From an uncultured delta proteobacterium (lineage in GTDB: Bacteria; Desulfobacterota; RBG-13-43-22): a stretch of DNA of 64,000 nt. Below the pieces are notes generated by a model, which saw only the letters and a program-made list of their open reading frames with translations, was not told the origin of the DNA and did not search any database. Both the position numbers and the translations under genes were made by a program. This document shows, in pieces, positions 1 through 11,618 of the stretch. Location: the NCBI GenBank assembly GCA_963711835.1, contig CAVQFQ010000011.1:1-64000 (forward strand), read 5' to 3'. The number at the start of each line of letters is the position of its first letter. Position 1 is the stretch's first letter.

Positions 1-1013
1 CCGAGACGGCCGCCTTTCCCGGCTGGACCGGCCCTCCCGTGGCTGCGGGTCATGGCCTCACCCGCGTGCTTTCCGGCATGGCCGTGGCGGCTGTAGCGAG
101 GCTTCCCGGCGCCCGAGGAGGGGCTGATCGACATGAGCCCCGAGGCAGTTCCCTACTGCTCCTTTCTCCCGCACCCGCAACCTCGTCCTCCTCTTCGAGC
201 AGGCCGACATGGTGGATCGGTTGGCAGCGGACCATGCCATACGCATGTCCCTCCTGAGGACTTCCATACCTCGCAGGGCTTGCCAGGGGCATGGAGCCCG
301 ACCGGCTGGAGGCGTGGGAATGGCCCATCCGGTCCTCCGAGCTCCACCGGGCCGCATTGGTCTACCTGGTCCAGTCCCAAGGGGATCTCAGGAGAACCTT
401 CGTGTACGGACAACCCGCCCATCCGCTCCTGCCCACCCTGTTGGACCCCCTGGAGGTCTGGGACGGCGCGGTCGTGAGCGGAAACTTGTGCTTCCGGGGA
501 ACAAGACTTACCATCAGAACCACCCGATCATTGCCGAGATGTTTCAGAAGCACGGTTCGGACCTGGACTTTGCAGGCGTGATCCTCGCAAACGAGATGAG
601 CCGTTTGGAGGACAAAGAACGTTCGGCCCAGTTCGCGGCAAAGCTGGTGCGGCTCCTGGGTGCCGAGGGCGCAGTGATCAACCAAGAGGGTGGTGGAAAC
701 ACGGTTACGGACGTCATGATATTGTGCCGGCTGCTCTCAAGCCACGGAGTCAAGACCTGTGCTCCTGGTCAATGAGTTTGCCGGCCCGGACGGAAGACAC
801 CCTCCCTCACCGAGACGACCCCCGAAGCCACGGCCATTGTGAGCGCAGGGGAGACTGATCAACGGATCACCCTACCGATGGTGGACCGATTTGTCGGTTT
901 CCCACCCGTTCCGGGGATCGAAGGGTACCGGCTGGGAGAGTCACCCTTCCGCTCAGCCGCATCTACGCCTCGACGAATCAACTGGGGTTTAACAACCTCG
1001 CTGCTCCGGGTAA
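1..1013 (+). CDS. Glycine/sarcosine/betaine reductase component B alpha/beta subunit (GrdE/GrdI family), 5' partial, frameshifted
   Basis: Stitched frames give PTLLDPLEVWDGAVVSGN, TYHQNHPIIAEMFQKHGSDLDFAGVILANE, GAEGAVINQEGGGNTVTDVM, AIVSAG, STNQLG; lies directly upstream of a GrdB-like gene. End approximate. Confidence 0.8.
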
Positions 1014-1151
1014 ATGCTTTGATTCACAGTCGAGGCACGTTTCACGCCCTCGTTCATGCCCCGGCTTCGCCGTGACATGAACGACGGTGACAGACCCAGG
1101 GTTGGGAAATACATCATCGCAAATGTCAAAGGGTGATTTGGAATATCTCGG

Positions 1152-2454
1152 ATGGACCGCCCACTTCGCATCGTTCACTACGTCAACCAGTTCTTCGGCC
1201 AGATCGGGGGTGAGGACAAGGCCGACGTGCCCTGTCAGGTGAGACCGGGACCTGTCGGCCCTGGCCTCGCCTTCCGGCAGCTCTTCGGGGACCACGCCGA
1301 GATCGTGGCCACGGTCATCTGCGGGGACAATTTCATGGCGGAGAATCTGGAGAAGACCGCACGGGAGGCTGCGGAGATAGTTGCCGGGTATCAGCCGGAC
1401 CTCTTCCTGGCCGGGCCCAGCTTCAGCTCCGGGCGTTACGGCATGGCCTGTGGGGCCGTGTGTCAGGCCGTGGCGGCCCGTCTCAGGATCCCGGTGGTGA
1501 CGGGCATGTCCGAGGACAATCCTGCGCTTCCCATCTACCGGACCCATGCCTATGTGGCCCCGGCTGGAAATCGGTTGCCGGGATGCGCGAGGCGGCCCAG
1601 AAGATGGCGGATCTGGCCCTCTGCCTGGCGGAGGGCCGCACGCCGGCCGAAGGCGCATACTTCAGCCGAGGCATCCGCGAACCGGTGACGATCCTGGAAA
1701 AGCGTGGTGCTGCCCGTGCCGTGGAAATGCTGGTGGCAAGCCTCAGGGGCGAGCCGGTGAATACGGAACTGCCTTTGCCGAGCTTTGAAAAGGTTCCGCC
1801 TGCCCCGCCTCTTGAAGACCTCTCCCGGGCGACCATCGTGTGGGCCCACGAAGGGGGGCTCACCCGGGTGGGCAACCCGGATCGGATCGAGATGGCCATG
1901 GCCACCCGATTCGGTCGCTACCCCCTTGCCGGGCTGGAAAAGCTCGACCCCGGATCTCTTCACCGTGGGCCACGGCGGTACGACAACGCCCACGCGAAAG
2001 CCAATCCCAATCGGCTTGTGCCCCTGGACGCGCTTCGAGCGCTGGCAGCCACGGGCATGGTGGGTGCGGTGGGGGAGTGGTTCTTATGCCACGGCCGGAA
2101 ACGCCACCTCTGTCGAAAATGCCGCCGGGTTCGGTCAGGACATTCGCCCAGACATCCGCAAAACCTTCCGGGACAGGGTGGGCGGTCACCTCCACATGAG
2201 GGACCGGCACTTGTTGCGGCGCAACGATGGTGAAGGAACTGGAGCGGGCCGGGATTCCGGCGGTTCTCATTTGCAGCCTGGTATCCATAGGCCGTTCGGT
2301 GGGGGCCAATCGCATCGTGCGGGGGCTCGGTATCCCTCACCCCCTCGGAGATCCCAACTCCAGCCCCGAGGAGGAGGGACAGAAGCGAAAGGCCCTGGTG
2401 GAAAGGGCCCTGAAGGCCCTGACCGCACCCGTCTCCGGCCAGCAGGTGTTTTGA
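1152..2454 (+). CDS. grdB: Glycine/sarcosine/betaine reductase selenoprotein B (GrdB/GrdF/GrdH family), Sec at UGA 2197-2199, frameshifted
   Basis: MDRPLRIVHYVNQFFGQIGGEDKAD, TVICGDNF, AGPSFSSGRYGMACG, YDNAHAKANPNRLVPLD, TST-UGA-GTGTCCGATMVKELERAGIP, VGANRIV..IPHPLGDP; UGA is in frame with ORF 2227..2454. Confidence 0.85.
2200..2232 (+). promoter_or_regulatory. Putative bacterial SECIS element
   Basis: TGTTGC-GGC-GCAACG stem-loop whose G-starting apical loop begins 18 nt after the UGA. Confidence 0.6.
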
Positions 2455-2469
2455 CGCCCTTCCCCCCTG

Positions 2470-3446
2470 CCCCTCTCTCCTGGATTCCCCTACAAGCTTC
2501 AGCCGGATGAGCAGGTCGCGGATGCGCGGCTCCGTCTTGGTCCAGAGCTTCGGGACGGCTTCCCCCTCGACGACGTCGAGGTCAACACCCGCCTTTTTCA
2601 TGTCTTCCTGCAGTTCCAGGCGTCTGGGCTGCTTTCCAGAAGGCATCCCTCAGGACCTTCACGATCTCCGGAGCCACACCCTTGGGTGCAGCAACGCCCC
2701 GGTCGCTGCTCATCACCACCGATGGATAACCCTTCTCGGCAAAGGTGGGCACATTCGGGGCCAACGGGTGGCGTTTCGGCTGGGCGATGGCCAGCATGCG
2801 CACCTTGTCCCCGCTGACGCAGCATATCGGAGAGGTTGTCCGAGACGCCCTTGGTCTGCCCGCCCAGCATGGCGGCCATGGAAGGGGCGGAGCCCTGAAA
2901 GGGGATCTCCTTGATCTGGATCTTCGCCGCGTCCTCAAGCAGGAGCACGGCGAGATGGTGCCCCAGGAAGCGCCCGGCAAGACCCAGGGTCACGGTGTCC
3001 GGCTTGGCCTTGGCATCGGCGATCAGATCCTCGATGGTCTTATGAGCTGTCGGCCTTCACGGCAAAAACCGTGGGGTCGTTTGCCCAGTGAAGGATGGGG
3101 ATAAAATCATCCTTGGTGAAGTTGGCCTCCTTCACCACCAGGGGCTGGGAGAAGATGCGGGCACATTGTACCCGGTGAGCGAGAACCGCCTCTTCTCGCG
3201 CCGCGCACATTGTTCCAGCCTACGACTCCACCGGCCCCGGCCACGTTCTGGATAATGAGCCGCTGTCCCAGAAATTTTTCCGCTTGCACATGATCCGGGC
3301 CTCGGTGTCCACGGCCCTCCGCCGGAAAGACCACCTGAACCTGGACAGGTTTGTTGGGGGTACTGCGCATCTAACCCGGCCCGAAGGGGACCAGAGCCAT
3401 TCCCGCGCCAAACACAACCGTCATTACTCTCGCTCATCCATTTCAT
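2470..3446 (-). CDS. tctC: Tripartite tricarboxylate transporter substrate-binding protein, frameshifted
   Basis: QYP.KPVQV, IIQNVAGAGGVVGWN, IPFQGSAPSMAAMLGG, PNVPTFAEKGY, RGVAAPKG; AGGAGG RBS before 3446; 3' end approximate. Confidence 0.8.
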
Positions 3447-3480
3447 TTTCTCACCTCCTGATAGGTTGATAAGAACCCTG

Positions 3481-3960
3481 CTAAAAAAGTATGCTGGGCA
3501 TCCTCACGTCGAGGAGTCGGTAAAAGACCCAATACAGGAGAACGGGCATGCCCACAGCAACTGGTATGATTCGAGTTATGAATTTACGCAGGCTCCGTTT
3601 CTCCAGGATCAGGGCGACCACCAGGAGATACACGCCGGGCGGCAGTAGTAGTCCACGAGCAGCACGGCCGGAACGATATGCCAGGGTGACGGCGATGAGC
3701 GGGATCAGCGTGGTCGGGAACCGGCCGAACGCGATCCTCGGTTGTGCCGTCGACCCCAGATGATCTCCTGGGCGATCATCACCAACCCAACCGCACGCAC
3801 GATCCAGAGGATCACAATGGGAAACACGACGCTTTCCCTCTCCAGACCTGCCAAATGCCGTTCCGCCCAAAAGGCGAAGAGGAGGGCCAGGACCCCGACC
3901 GCCATGTTCACATGGTACTTCCGGGTTTCCCCGCCCCCATCGGCAGGCCCGTCGTGCCCT
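3481..3960 (-). CDS. tctB: Tripartite tricarboxylate transporter small membrane subunit, frameshifted
   Basis: About four TM segments, VVFP motif, C-terminal LLYWVFYRLLDVRMP; lies between tctA and tctC; start approximate. Confidence 0.7.
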   Translation of the reverse strand, partial: RARRACRWGRGNPEVPCEHGGRGPGPPLRLLGGTAFGRSGEGKRRVSHCDPLDRACGWVGDDRPGDHLGSTAQPRIAFGRFPTTLIPLIAVTLAYRSGRAARGLLLPPGVYLLVVALILEKRSLRKFITRIIPVAVGMPVLLYWVFYRLLDVRMPSILF

Positions 3961-5478
3961 GTCTCTTTTTCCCCGTTTCCTCCCCGGACGGCCCCTTCTC
4001 CCGTCCCTGGGTGACGGCCGTGAATACCAGCGAGGCAAGGGTTAATGCAATCATCAGCATGGGATTCGTCGCAGGAAGAAATAGGTCCAGACAGACCCTT
4101 CAGCCTCGGCGAGCATCCGCCCCAGCAGAAAGCCGTTCTCGGCCAAATCCCCCAGGACCAAGCCGATAACCACCGGGGCCGGCTCAAACCCCACCTTAGA
4201 GGCCAGAAACATGCCCAGGCCCACGCCAGCCATGGCCAGCACATCCATGGGGTTGTTTCTGGCTGAGATCCGATCACGCAGAGCGCAATCACCGTGGGGG
4301 TGAGGTACTGAATGGGGAATTTCGTGACCTGCCCCCAGATGCGGGAGCCGGCCACCCCCACCACCAAGATGGCAAAGGAGGCGAACACCATGGCCACCAT
4401 GAAGGTGTAGGTGATCCGGGCATGCGTGGTGAAGAGCTCTGGTCCTGGAAAGAGGCCGTGGATGATCGGCCCTCCCAGGAGAATGGCGGCCGCAGGACTG
4501 CCCGGCACACCCAAGGTTAGGAGCGGGATGATGGACCCCCCCACCACAGCATTCTTGCCCGTGTCCGTGGGACGAGCCCTTCCGAGGGCCCTGTGCCGAA
4601 CTGTGCCCGGTTCCGGGGAATGGCGCCTTACTTCCCCGTAAGAGATCAGAGCCCCGATGGAAGGCCCTGCAGCGGGTATGATGCTCATGATGATCCCGAT
4701 GATGCTCGACACCGTATAGGCAAAGGGATAGCGAAAATACTCCCGCAGGTGGTGCCAGAAGGCGCCCCGTCGGGGCTTCAAATGAATGAGCTCGGCCCCG
4801 CCCGGCTTCATGGCCTCCTGAAAGGAGTTCAGCATCTCCGAGAAGGCGAAGAGCCCGATCAGGGCTGCCACGATGTCGATGCCCGAAACGAGATAGGGAA
4901 CCCCGAAGGTGAACCGCGAGACCCGGTGACTGAGTTCAGGCCCATGGTGGCGAGCAGCATGCCGAAGGCCCCGCCCAGGAGCCCGTTGAAGAGGTTCCCC
5001 CGGAGATGGCGCCGATGACGGTCATGCCGAAGATGGCGACCCAGAAGATCTCGGCAGGGCCGAACAGCAGGGCGATCTTGGACAGGGGGAGAGAGGAAGA
5101 GCAGGGCCAGAAATCCCGTGAGACTTCCGAAGGCGCACGCGATGGTGGCCAGCTCCAGTGCGCGCTGGGGCTCGCCGCGCTTGGCCATGGGGTAGCCGTC
5201 AAAGCACGTGACCACGTCGGCAGGCTCTCCAGGCACATTCATGAGGATGGCGTGGACGCTTCCCCCGTAGATGGAGGAGCAGTAGATCGTGCCCAGGAGG
5301 ATGAGCCCTTCGGCGGGCGGGAAGGTGAAGGTGATAGGGATAGCGAGGGCTATACCGGTCGGCGCATTGATGCCGGGCAGTGCTCCCACCACGATTCCGA
5401 TCATAATGTGCCCAGGAGAATCAGGAAGAGAACCCGAAAGGTGAGCACCCCCAGCAGCGCATCCAGCATCAGTTCCAT
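3940..5478 (-). CDS. tctA: Tripartite tricarboxylate transporter large membrane subunit, frameshifted
   Basis: IGIVVGALPGI, YGGSVHAILMNVPGEPA..TCFDGYPMAKRGE, IPLLTLGVPGSPAAAILLG, HGLFPGPELF, APVVIGLVLGDLAE; ATG at 5478. Confidence 0.88.
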
Positions 5479-5511
5479 AGTTCGGATAAGAATTTCCTTT
5501 TTTATCGGAAG

Positions 5512-5540
5512 AGTATAAGGAAAGGAAAAAACACGGTCAA
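5512..5540 (-). promoter_or_regulatory. Sigma70-type promoter upstream of tctA
   Basis: TTGACC-N17-TATACT on the minus strand; part of the repeat family also at 48580 and 55124. Confidence 0.65.
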
Positions 5541-5644
5541 GAAGAAAAATAGGCGGAAGACAAGGTGAACAAGTCAAAGGGGACGTTGCTGAAAAATATA
5601 ACTTTAAAAGGTTTTGAGATGATGCTAAATGGTCATAAGTGGCT

Positions 5645-5827
5645 AATCGCGATTAATGATTTCAGGTCCGCATTTTATATTGAAAAGCCGAAAAAATCCC
5701 GGCGTTCGTTGCCGTGGGATAAAACGCGTCCTAATACTCTTTCAAACTCTATTCTCCATGCCCGTCCCATGACTGCTAATCACCAGAACGGCTCGTCCGC
5801 TGCACGCCTTAATCATTAATCGAGATT
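5645..5827. repeat. MITE-like element with 17-bp terminal inverted repeats
   Basis: AATCGCGATTAATGATT (5645-5661) vs AATCATTAATCGAGATT (5811-5827), one mismatch. Confidence 0.45.
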
Positions 5828-5859
5828 TGACCTTTTCTTCTTTCCAAGACAAATTTTCT

Positions 5860-6998
5860 TTATCGCGTAATCATCGGCAAATGGACTGGAAAAATTATTG
5901 GCCTGCGCACCGGCCAGACGTAGTATTCAGAGATCTTATTGCTCATGGGCACCTCGCCTTTCGTCATACTGACAATCCAGGCACTATTGGGACTGCTGGT
6001 CCCGGACGTAGAAGACCAGTAGTAGGTGGATTGCACGTTGGTAAAGGGGTGGTTCAAAGGCAAAGCGGGGGCGGATTGGGAATAATCGGTAGACTGCGAA
6101 GTTCCTTCCGGTTAGGCAGATACCAGTCATTATGGCCGCACAACCCGATCCGCTATTAATAGACAGCCACATAATTCAAGGCATCCTGCCAGTTTCGGGT
6201 GCCGCCTGGCAGATCGGCGTTTCCAGCCCACATCAAACCGGTCAGCTTGTCAGTGACGCAATCGCCGGAAACGATAAACCGCGGATCCGGCCAGGCCACC
6301 CCGGTTCTAGCTCCCCGATCCTCGCCCCGTCCCATTGCAGTCTCTGATTTCACCCGCGGTGTTATAGCAGGTGGTCTGCCCGGTCTTCCTTAAAGAGGCC
6401 GGAGGAGAAGGGGACTGCCCTGAACGTACTCGGCCAAACATAGACGATGGAACAGTATTCCTTATCGGAGTAGCCCTCGCCTCCGACCTTCATATAGACG
6501 ACCCAGGCGTAATGAGGAGCGGCAGTGTAGGACGTAGACGACCAGTAGTCCTTTTCCTGCACATTTATAAAGCCCTGGGCATTCAGCCAGGTGGCTGAAT
6601 TTGACTGGCCTGCGTGAACCAAACTCTCCAACTCATTCAAATTAGGCAGGCGCCAGTCATTATGGCCGCACAAACCGGAGCCACTATTAATAGAAGCCAC
6701 GTAATTCAGGGCATCCTGCCAGTTCCGGGTGCCGCCGGGCAGATCGGCGTTTCCGGCCCACATCAAGCCGGTCAGGTTGTCAGTGACGCAATCGCCGGAA
6801 ACGGTAAACCGCGGATCCGGCCAGGCTACCCCGGCCCGGATGTCTCCATCTTGCCCCGTCCCATTGCAGTCCCTGATTTCACCCGCGGTGTTATAGCAGG
6901 TGGTCTGCCCGGTCTGTGGCAAATTGGATAGTGCCGCTTATGGCTACGTCAATACAAAAATTTAAAATAAGCCCAAAGATTATAGTTTTTCGGAACAT
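5860..6998 (-). CDS. Secreted tandem DUF1566 (Lcl C-terminal / C-type-lectin-like) protein, frameshifted
   Basis: Signal-like MFRKTIIFGLILNF at 6998; two units of TGQTTCYN..WPDPRF..VTD.LTGLMW..DW.LPN..EL..YWSST..AW.V..YVWP. Confidence 0.82.
6112..6915. repeat. Intragenic direct duplication of about 275 bp (6112-6386 / 6642-6915)
   Basis: Long identical runs, e.g. GTCAGTGACGCAATCGCCGGAAACG and GATTTCACCCGCGGTGTTATAGCAGGTGGTCTGCCCGGTCT, in both copies. Confidence 0.9.
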
Positions 6999-7060
6999 TT
7001 CTCCACCCTCGAAGAAGAAAATTGAAGTTGACCCTCAGCATAAACGGTCATTAAGGCCAA

Positions 7061-9431
7061 TTATTCATTCAGACGAACGATGGTGACGGCGTTTCCGCCC
7101 TCGGCCGGGTTCCCTTTCTGTGGCTCGATTACCAGGGGATGGCCTTTCAAGTACTCCCGGATGGCTTTCATCAGGATCCCGGTTCCCAGGCCATGGACAA
7201 TGGTCACTTCCTGAAGGCCGGCCAGAGAGGCATGATTTAGAAAGGGTTCAATCTCCGAAAGGGCTTCCTCAACCCGGAGACCAATGACTTTGATTCTATC
7301 CGGGATCGTCTCTTCCCGAAGTCCCCTGAAGGAAGGCCCGGCCCCCGGCTTTTCCGTTCGGCCTTTTCGGGGACCCACATCGAAAACGGGAACCTCGATC
7401 TCCCGCCCTTCGGCAGCCACCTTCAATCGCTCCTGTTTAAGCAGGATGGCCAGAACCTCGGCATCGCGCCCCAGAGACCGCACATAGACCCAGTCACCGA
7501 CTTTAATCGTATCCAAAGAAAGGGGACTGGTTTCATCGCCCTGCAGTTGCCTCAGTTTATTGAGCCAGGGATCTTTCTTCTTCTCTCACCTTTAACAGGG
7601 CCTGTTTGCGTTCGGCTTTTTCCTTGTGCTTCATCTCCTCAAGCAGGAGGTTCATCTCCCTTTTTACGACGGCCGAAATTTCCAGGCCCTCCTGATAAGC
7701 CTTGGCCAGGATGTCTTTTCGGGCCTTCTCGGTTTCCGAAAGGCTCTTTTCCAGTCTCCGGGTTTCTTGAAGGACCGTTTCCTCTTGATCTCTTAAGGCC
7801 TCCCGGGCCGCTTCATAACCCTTTCTTTTGACGTTCAAATCGGCGATCAGCTTCTCAAACCCATTCTCCCGGCCGGACAAAAGCCCCCTGGCCGATTCCA
7901 GGATTCTTTCCGGCAGGCCGTACCTCCTGGCAATCTCAATGGCATGGGACTGTCCCGGTTCGCCGATTAGCAGGCGGTAAAGCGGAGTCAAGGTCTCCTG
8001 ATCAAAGGCCATTGAGGCATTGACCATACCTGCAGAGCGATGGACAAACCCTTTAATCTCGGTCAGGTGGGTGGTGGCCAGGACCAGGGCCCCCCTTTCC
8101 TGCAGATCTTTCAACACGGCGCAGGCAATGGCCGCCCCTTCTACGGGATCGGTGCTGGTTCCCAGTTCATCCATCAGGACCAATGTTTTCGAGTCGGCCC
8201 GCTTCAGGATCCCGCTGATTCGGGAGATATGGGCCGAGAAGGTGGACAGGCTGCTCTCGATGGATTGTTCATCCCCGATATCCACCTGGAGGTCGTCAAG
8301 AAGGGAAAAGGCCGAGGAAGAGTCGGCCGGAACCGGCATCCCCGACAAGGCCATCAGCCAGAGCAGACCGGCCGTCTTCAGGGCAATGGTTTTACCGCCG
8401 GCATTGACACCGGTGATAACCATCACCCGTGACTCCCCCCCCAGGTCAAGATCGAGAGGCACCACTGGCCCGGCGGTCTTTCTTCTTTCATAGGAAAGGG
8501 TCAGCAGCGGGTGCCGGCCCCGGGCCAAATGAATCCGAACCCCTTCCGGGATCTCCGGGTTGGCCATTTTCAGGCGATCGCCGAAGGCTGCCAGACCGGC
8601 CAGCAGGTCGATCCGGATCAGGGTCCGGTGCTCGGCGGCCAGGTCATCGGCCTCTTTCCTGATCAGGGAAGATAATTCCCGCAGGATGCGGATCTCCTCG
8701 GCCCTTTGGTCGGCCATCAGGTTTTCCAACCGATTGGCCTCACTGATAATGGCCAGCGGTTCGATGAAAGCCGTTTCCCCGGACCGTGAAACATCATGGA
8801 CCACCCCGGGAACCTGGCCTTTGGAATCCATTCGGACCGGGATCACCCAGCGGCCGGACCTTTGGGTAATGAAGTCATCCTGCAGAAAAGGGGCCACCTG
8901 ATGCTCCCGGATCACTTCCTCGAGGTTTTTACGGAGTTGGGCTTCCAATTTTCGAACCTCCCTCCGCAATTCCTGCAGCCAGGGAGAAGCCTGATCCAGG
9001 ATATTCCCTTCGTCATCCAGGGCCCTTTCGAGATGGATTAATAGATCGGGAAATCCTTTTAGATGCCGGATCAAGTCCTTAAGTGAGGGAAGGCCCTCGG
9101 TTTCTCCTACCTGGGCGGACAACCCGGCAGCCAGTCTCAGGACCGGGATAAACATAGAAAGTTCAAAAGACTCCAGGACCGCTCCGGACGGACGAATCCT
9201 TTCCAGGAGGGGAGACAGGTCGCTGAAAAGGGCCAACCGGAGGGGCTGACCCTGGGCCGACATCTTTCGTATGTCGGCCACTAAATTTTGACGGGAAAGG
9301 ATCTCTTCCCTCTCTGTGAGAGGGCGAATCTCCAGAACCGCTTCCCGGGTGGCCGGGCAATGGGCGCCGTCGGCCAGGATGGCCAGCAGCTTCTTGTATT
9401 CCAACACCTCCAGGGTGTATTCCGAAATCAT
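7061..9431 (-). CDS. mutS2: Endonuclease MutS2 with C-terminal Smr domain (frameshift near 7557)
   Basis: VITGVNAGGKT, DIGDEQSIESSLSTFSAH, LMDELG, GEPGQSHA; Smr IVHGLGTGIL..EGGNAVT in 7061..7516. Confidence 0.93.
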
Positions 9432-10349
9432 CGTCCGGCCCTTTTCCCGAGTAAACGCAAAGGGAATATTAAACTGAAAAAAGGCAGCATATACATGGCC
9501 GCCAGGGTAGGACAGAGGGGACCGAAATACTGGGATGAAAAAACGATCACCAGCACATTGTTGATGTAGGCCAGGGAGACGGCCTGGGCCAGGCGCTGCT
9601 CCGGACCCTGGCCCCAGTCAATCAGCCAGCCCGCCAGATGAAAAATCACGGAAAGCATAAAAGCCACCAAAACGGAGTTGGCCAGTTCTAGGGGCCTGGT
9701 TCGGAAAAAAGCCTGATAACGGGAAAAAACGCCCAGGTTGATCAGAGCGAACAACAGCAGAGACAAGGGATACCGCAGCCGCTCCATTTTTGCGATCCCC
9801 CGGGGGACGACTTGCCGCAAAAGGGCGGCCAGGGCGGCCGGAATAAAAATGATCAGGGACAGGAGCCGCACCATGGATCCGAAAGGGATCCCGATTTCCC
9901 GTCCGGAAAGCCCCCTGACCAGCAAGGGCAGGGAAAGGGGGACCAGCAGCGAAGTCAGGACCACCAGACCCAGGACAAAGGAGGTCCGGGCCCCGACCAG
10001 GTCGGAAATAAAGGGGGCCACTATCCCGGTAGATATGCCGCTTAAAAGCAGGACCGGCAGGGCATATTCGGGCCAGAAGCGCTGAAAGAGGAAAAAGAGG
10101 ACCGCCGGCAGCAGCAGCAACTTTATCAGACTGAACAGGAAAATGGCCGGGCCAGTTCTTCCGCCAGGAAACCCAGACTTCGGAAAACCGCATCTGAAGA
10201 AAACTTAAAAAAAGCATCATCATAAGCAGGGGGGTGATGGCCGGGGAAAAAGGCCTTCCCAGGGCCGGATAGGCCAGACCCGCTGCCATGGATCCGAAGA
10301 CGGTAATCAACAGATAAAAATCCCTTGGGCTCAAGACAAATTCCTTCAT
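9428..10349 (-). CDS. Bile acid:sodium symporter family membrane protein (frameshift near 10130)
   Basis: Hydrophobic multi-TM protein, MLFLSFL, APFISDLVG, SLAYINNVL. Confidence 0.7.
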
Positions 10350-10540
10350 AATGCGCTTGACTAATCCGTTCGGATACTATGGAATAAACAGGAAAGAAAG
10401 GCAATAAGAAAGCCGGCGGATTTCTTCGGTATCCATCCGGAACCCCCCGATTTCCCTAATAAGTCCGCTGCGAAAGGCGCGCATCCGAAACGGGTTGTTT
10501 CCGGATACGCGTCATAAACGACCGCAAGGGGTGAGAAAGG

Positions 10541-11056
10541 ATGCCTGCTCCCGAAAAAGAAGAATTTTTGGAAGTGGTCGATGAACGGGACCAGGTGACC
10601 GGAACAGCCAGTCGGAAGGAAATACATCAGAAATCCCTCCGCCACCGTTCGGTCCATATTTTTATTTTTAATTCAGCCGGGGAGATCTACCTGCAAAAAC
10701 GGTCTCCGGATAAGGATCAGTATCCCGAGCACTGGGATTCATCGGCCGCCGGACATGTCGATCCGGGAGAGACGCCCCGGGAAGCGGCCCATCGTGAACT
10801 GGCCGAAGAATTGGGCCTGGAAGCCGAGCTGATCGAAGTGCTCCGGTATCCGGCCGCCCTGGAAACCGGCTGGGAGTTTGTTACCCTTTATGAAGCCCAA
10901 ACCGATGCCGCCCCGGCCCTAAATCTGGAGGAAGCGACCTGTGGAGCCTATTTTAATCCCTCCTCAGTAGACCGGTTATTGAGAGATCCCCTTCAAAAAG
11001 TTGCCCCCGGCTTCCGACGCCTTTATGCCCTTTATCTGGATAGAATCGCCAAGTGA
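10541..11056 (+). CDS. NUDIX hydrolase (IDI-like subgroup)
   Basis: HRSVHIFIFN..LQKRS..KD.YP..WD; Nudix box GHVDPGETPREAAHRELAEELG. Confidence 0.9.
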   Translation: MPAPEKEEFLEVVDERDQVTGTASRKEIHQKSLRHRSVHIFIFNSAGEIYLQKRSPDKDQYPEHWDSSAAGHVDPGETPREAAHRELAEELGLEAELIEVLRYPAALETGWEFVTLYEAQTDAAPALNLEEATCGAYFNPSSVDRLLRDPLQKVAPGFRRLYALYLDRIAK

Positions 11057-11229
11057 AAGGGGAGCCGCTGAAACCCGAGGATTTCCCCTGGGCGGCCCAA
11101 GACGCCTAAAAAAGTAATGGTAGCAAATTAAAACCGGCTATGGTATAGTCTTTCTAATCTAACCCTTTAAAGAGTTCCTGGCCTAAATCCCATGACCTCT
11201 TTATCGGATACCAATTTTAAGGAGGGTTC

Positions 11230-11583
11230 ATGGGTACTAAATTATATGTTGGCAGTCTCCCTTATTCGGTGACGGATGAAACACTTAAACAACTCTTTAC
11301 AGCCCACGGAACGGTCGAGTCCGCCAAAGTAATAACCGACCGCCAAACCGGCCTCAGCAAAGGCTTTGGTTTTGTTGAGATGTCCGATGACCAGGAAGCT
11401 GCCGAAGCCATCGAAAAGCTCAATGGGACGAGCCATGAAGGGCGGACCCTGATGGTTTCCGAAGCCCGCCCCCAGGCCCCCCGGGAAGGCGGAGGGTTTC
11501 GCGGAGGCCCGGCCAATAAAGGCAAAGGGCGCGGAAGCGGAGGCGGAGGCCGGGGCGGAGCGTCCGGCCGCAACCGCTGGTAA
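11230..11583 (+). CDS. RRM RNA-binding protein with Gly/Arg-rich tail
   Basis: RNP2 KLYVGSL, RNP1 KGFGFVEM, RGG-rich C-terminus, AGGAGG RBS. Confidence 0.95.
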   Translation: MGTKLYVGSLPYSVTDETLKQLFTAHGTVESAKVITDRQTGLSKGFGFVEMSDDQEAAEAIEKLNGTSHEGRTLMVSEARPQAPREGGGFRGGPANKGKGRGSGGGGRGGASGRNRW

Positions 11584-11618
11584 TCCCTACCCACCATACA
11601 AAACAAACGTAACGCCGA

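Noticed and set aside
6112-6915. DGR template/variable repeat pair
   Set aside because: The repeats cover the scaffold, not the C-terminal variable region; mismatches are not adenine-specific; no reverse transcriptase in the window.
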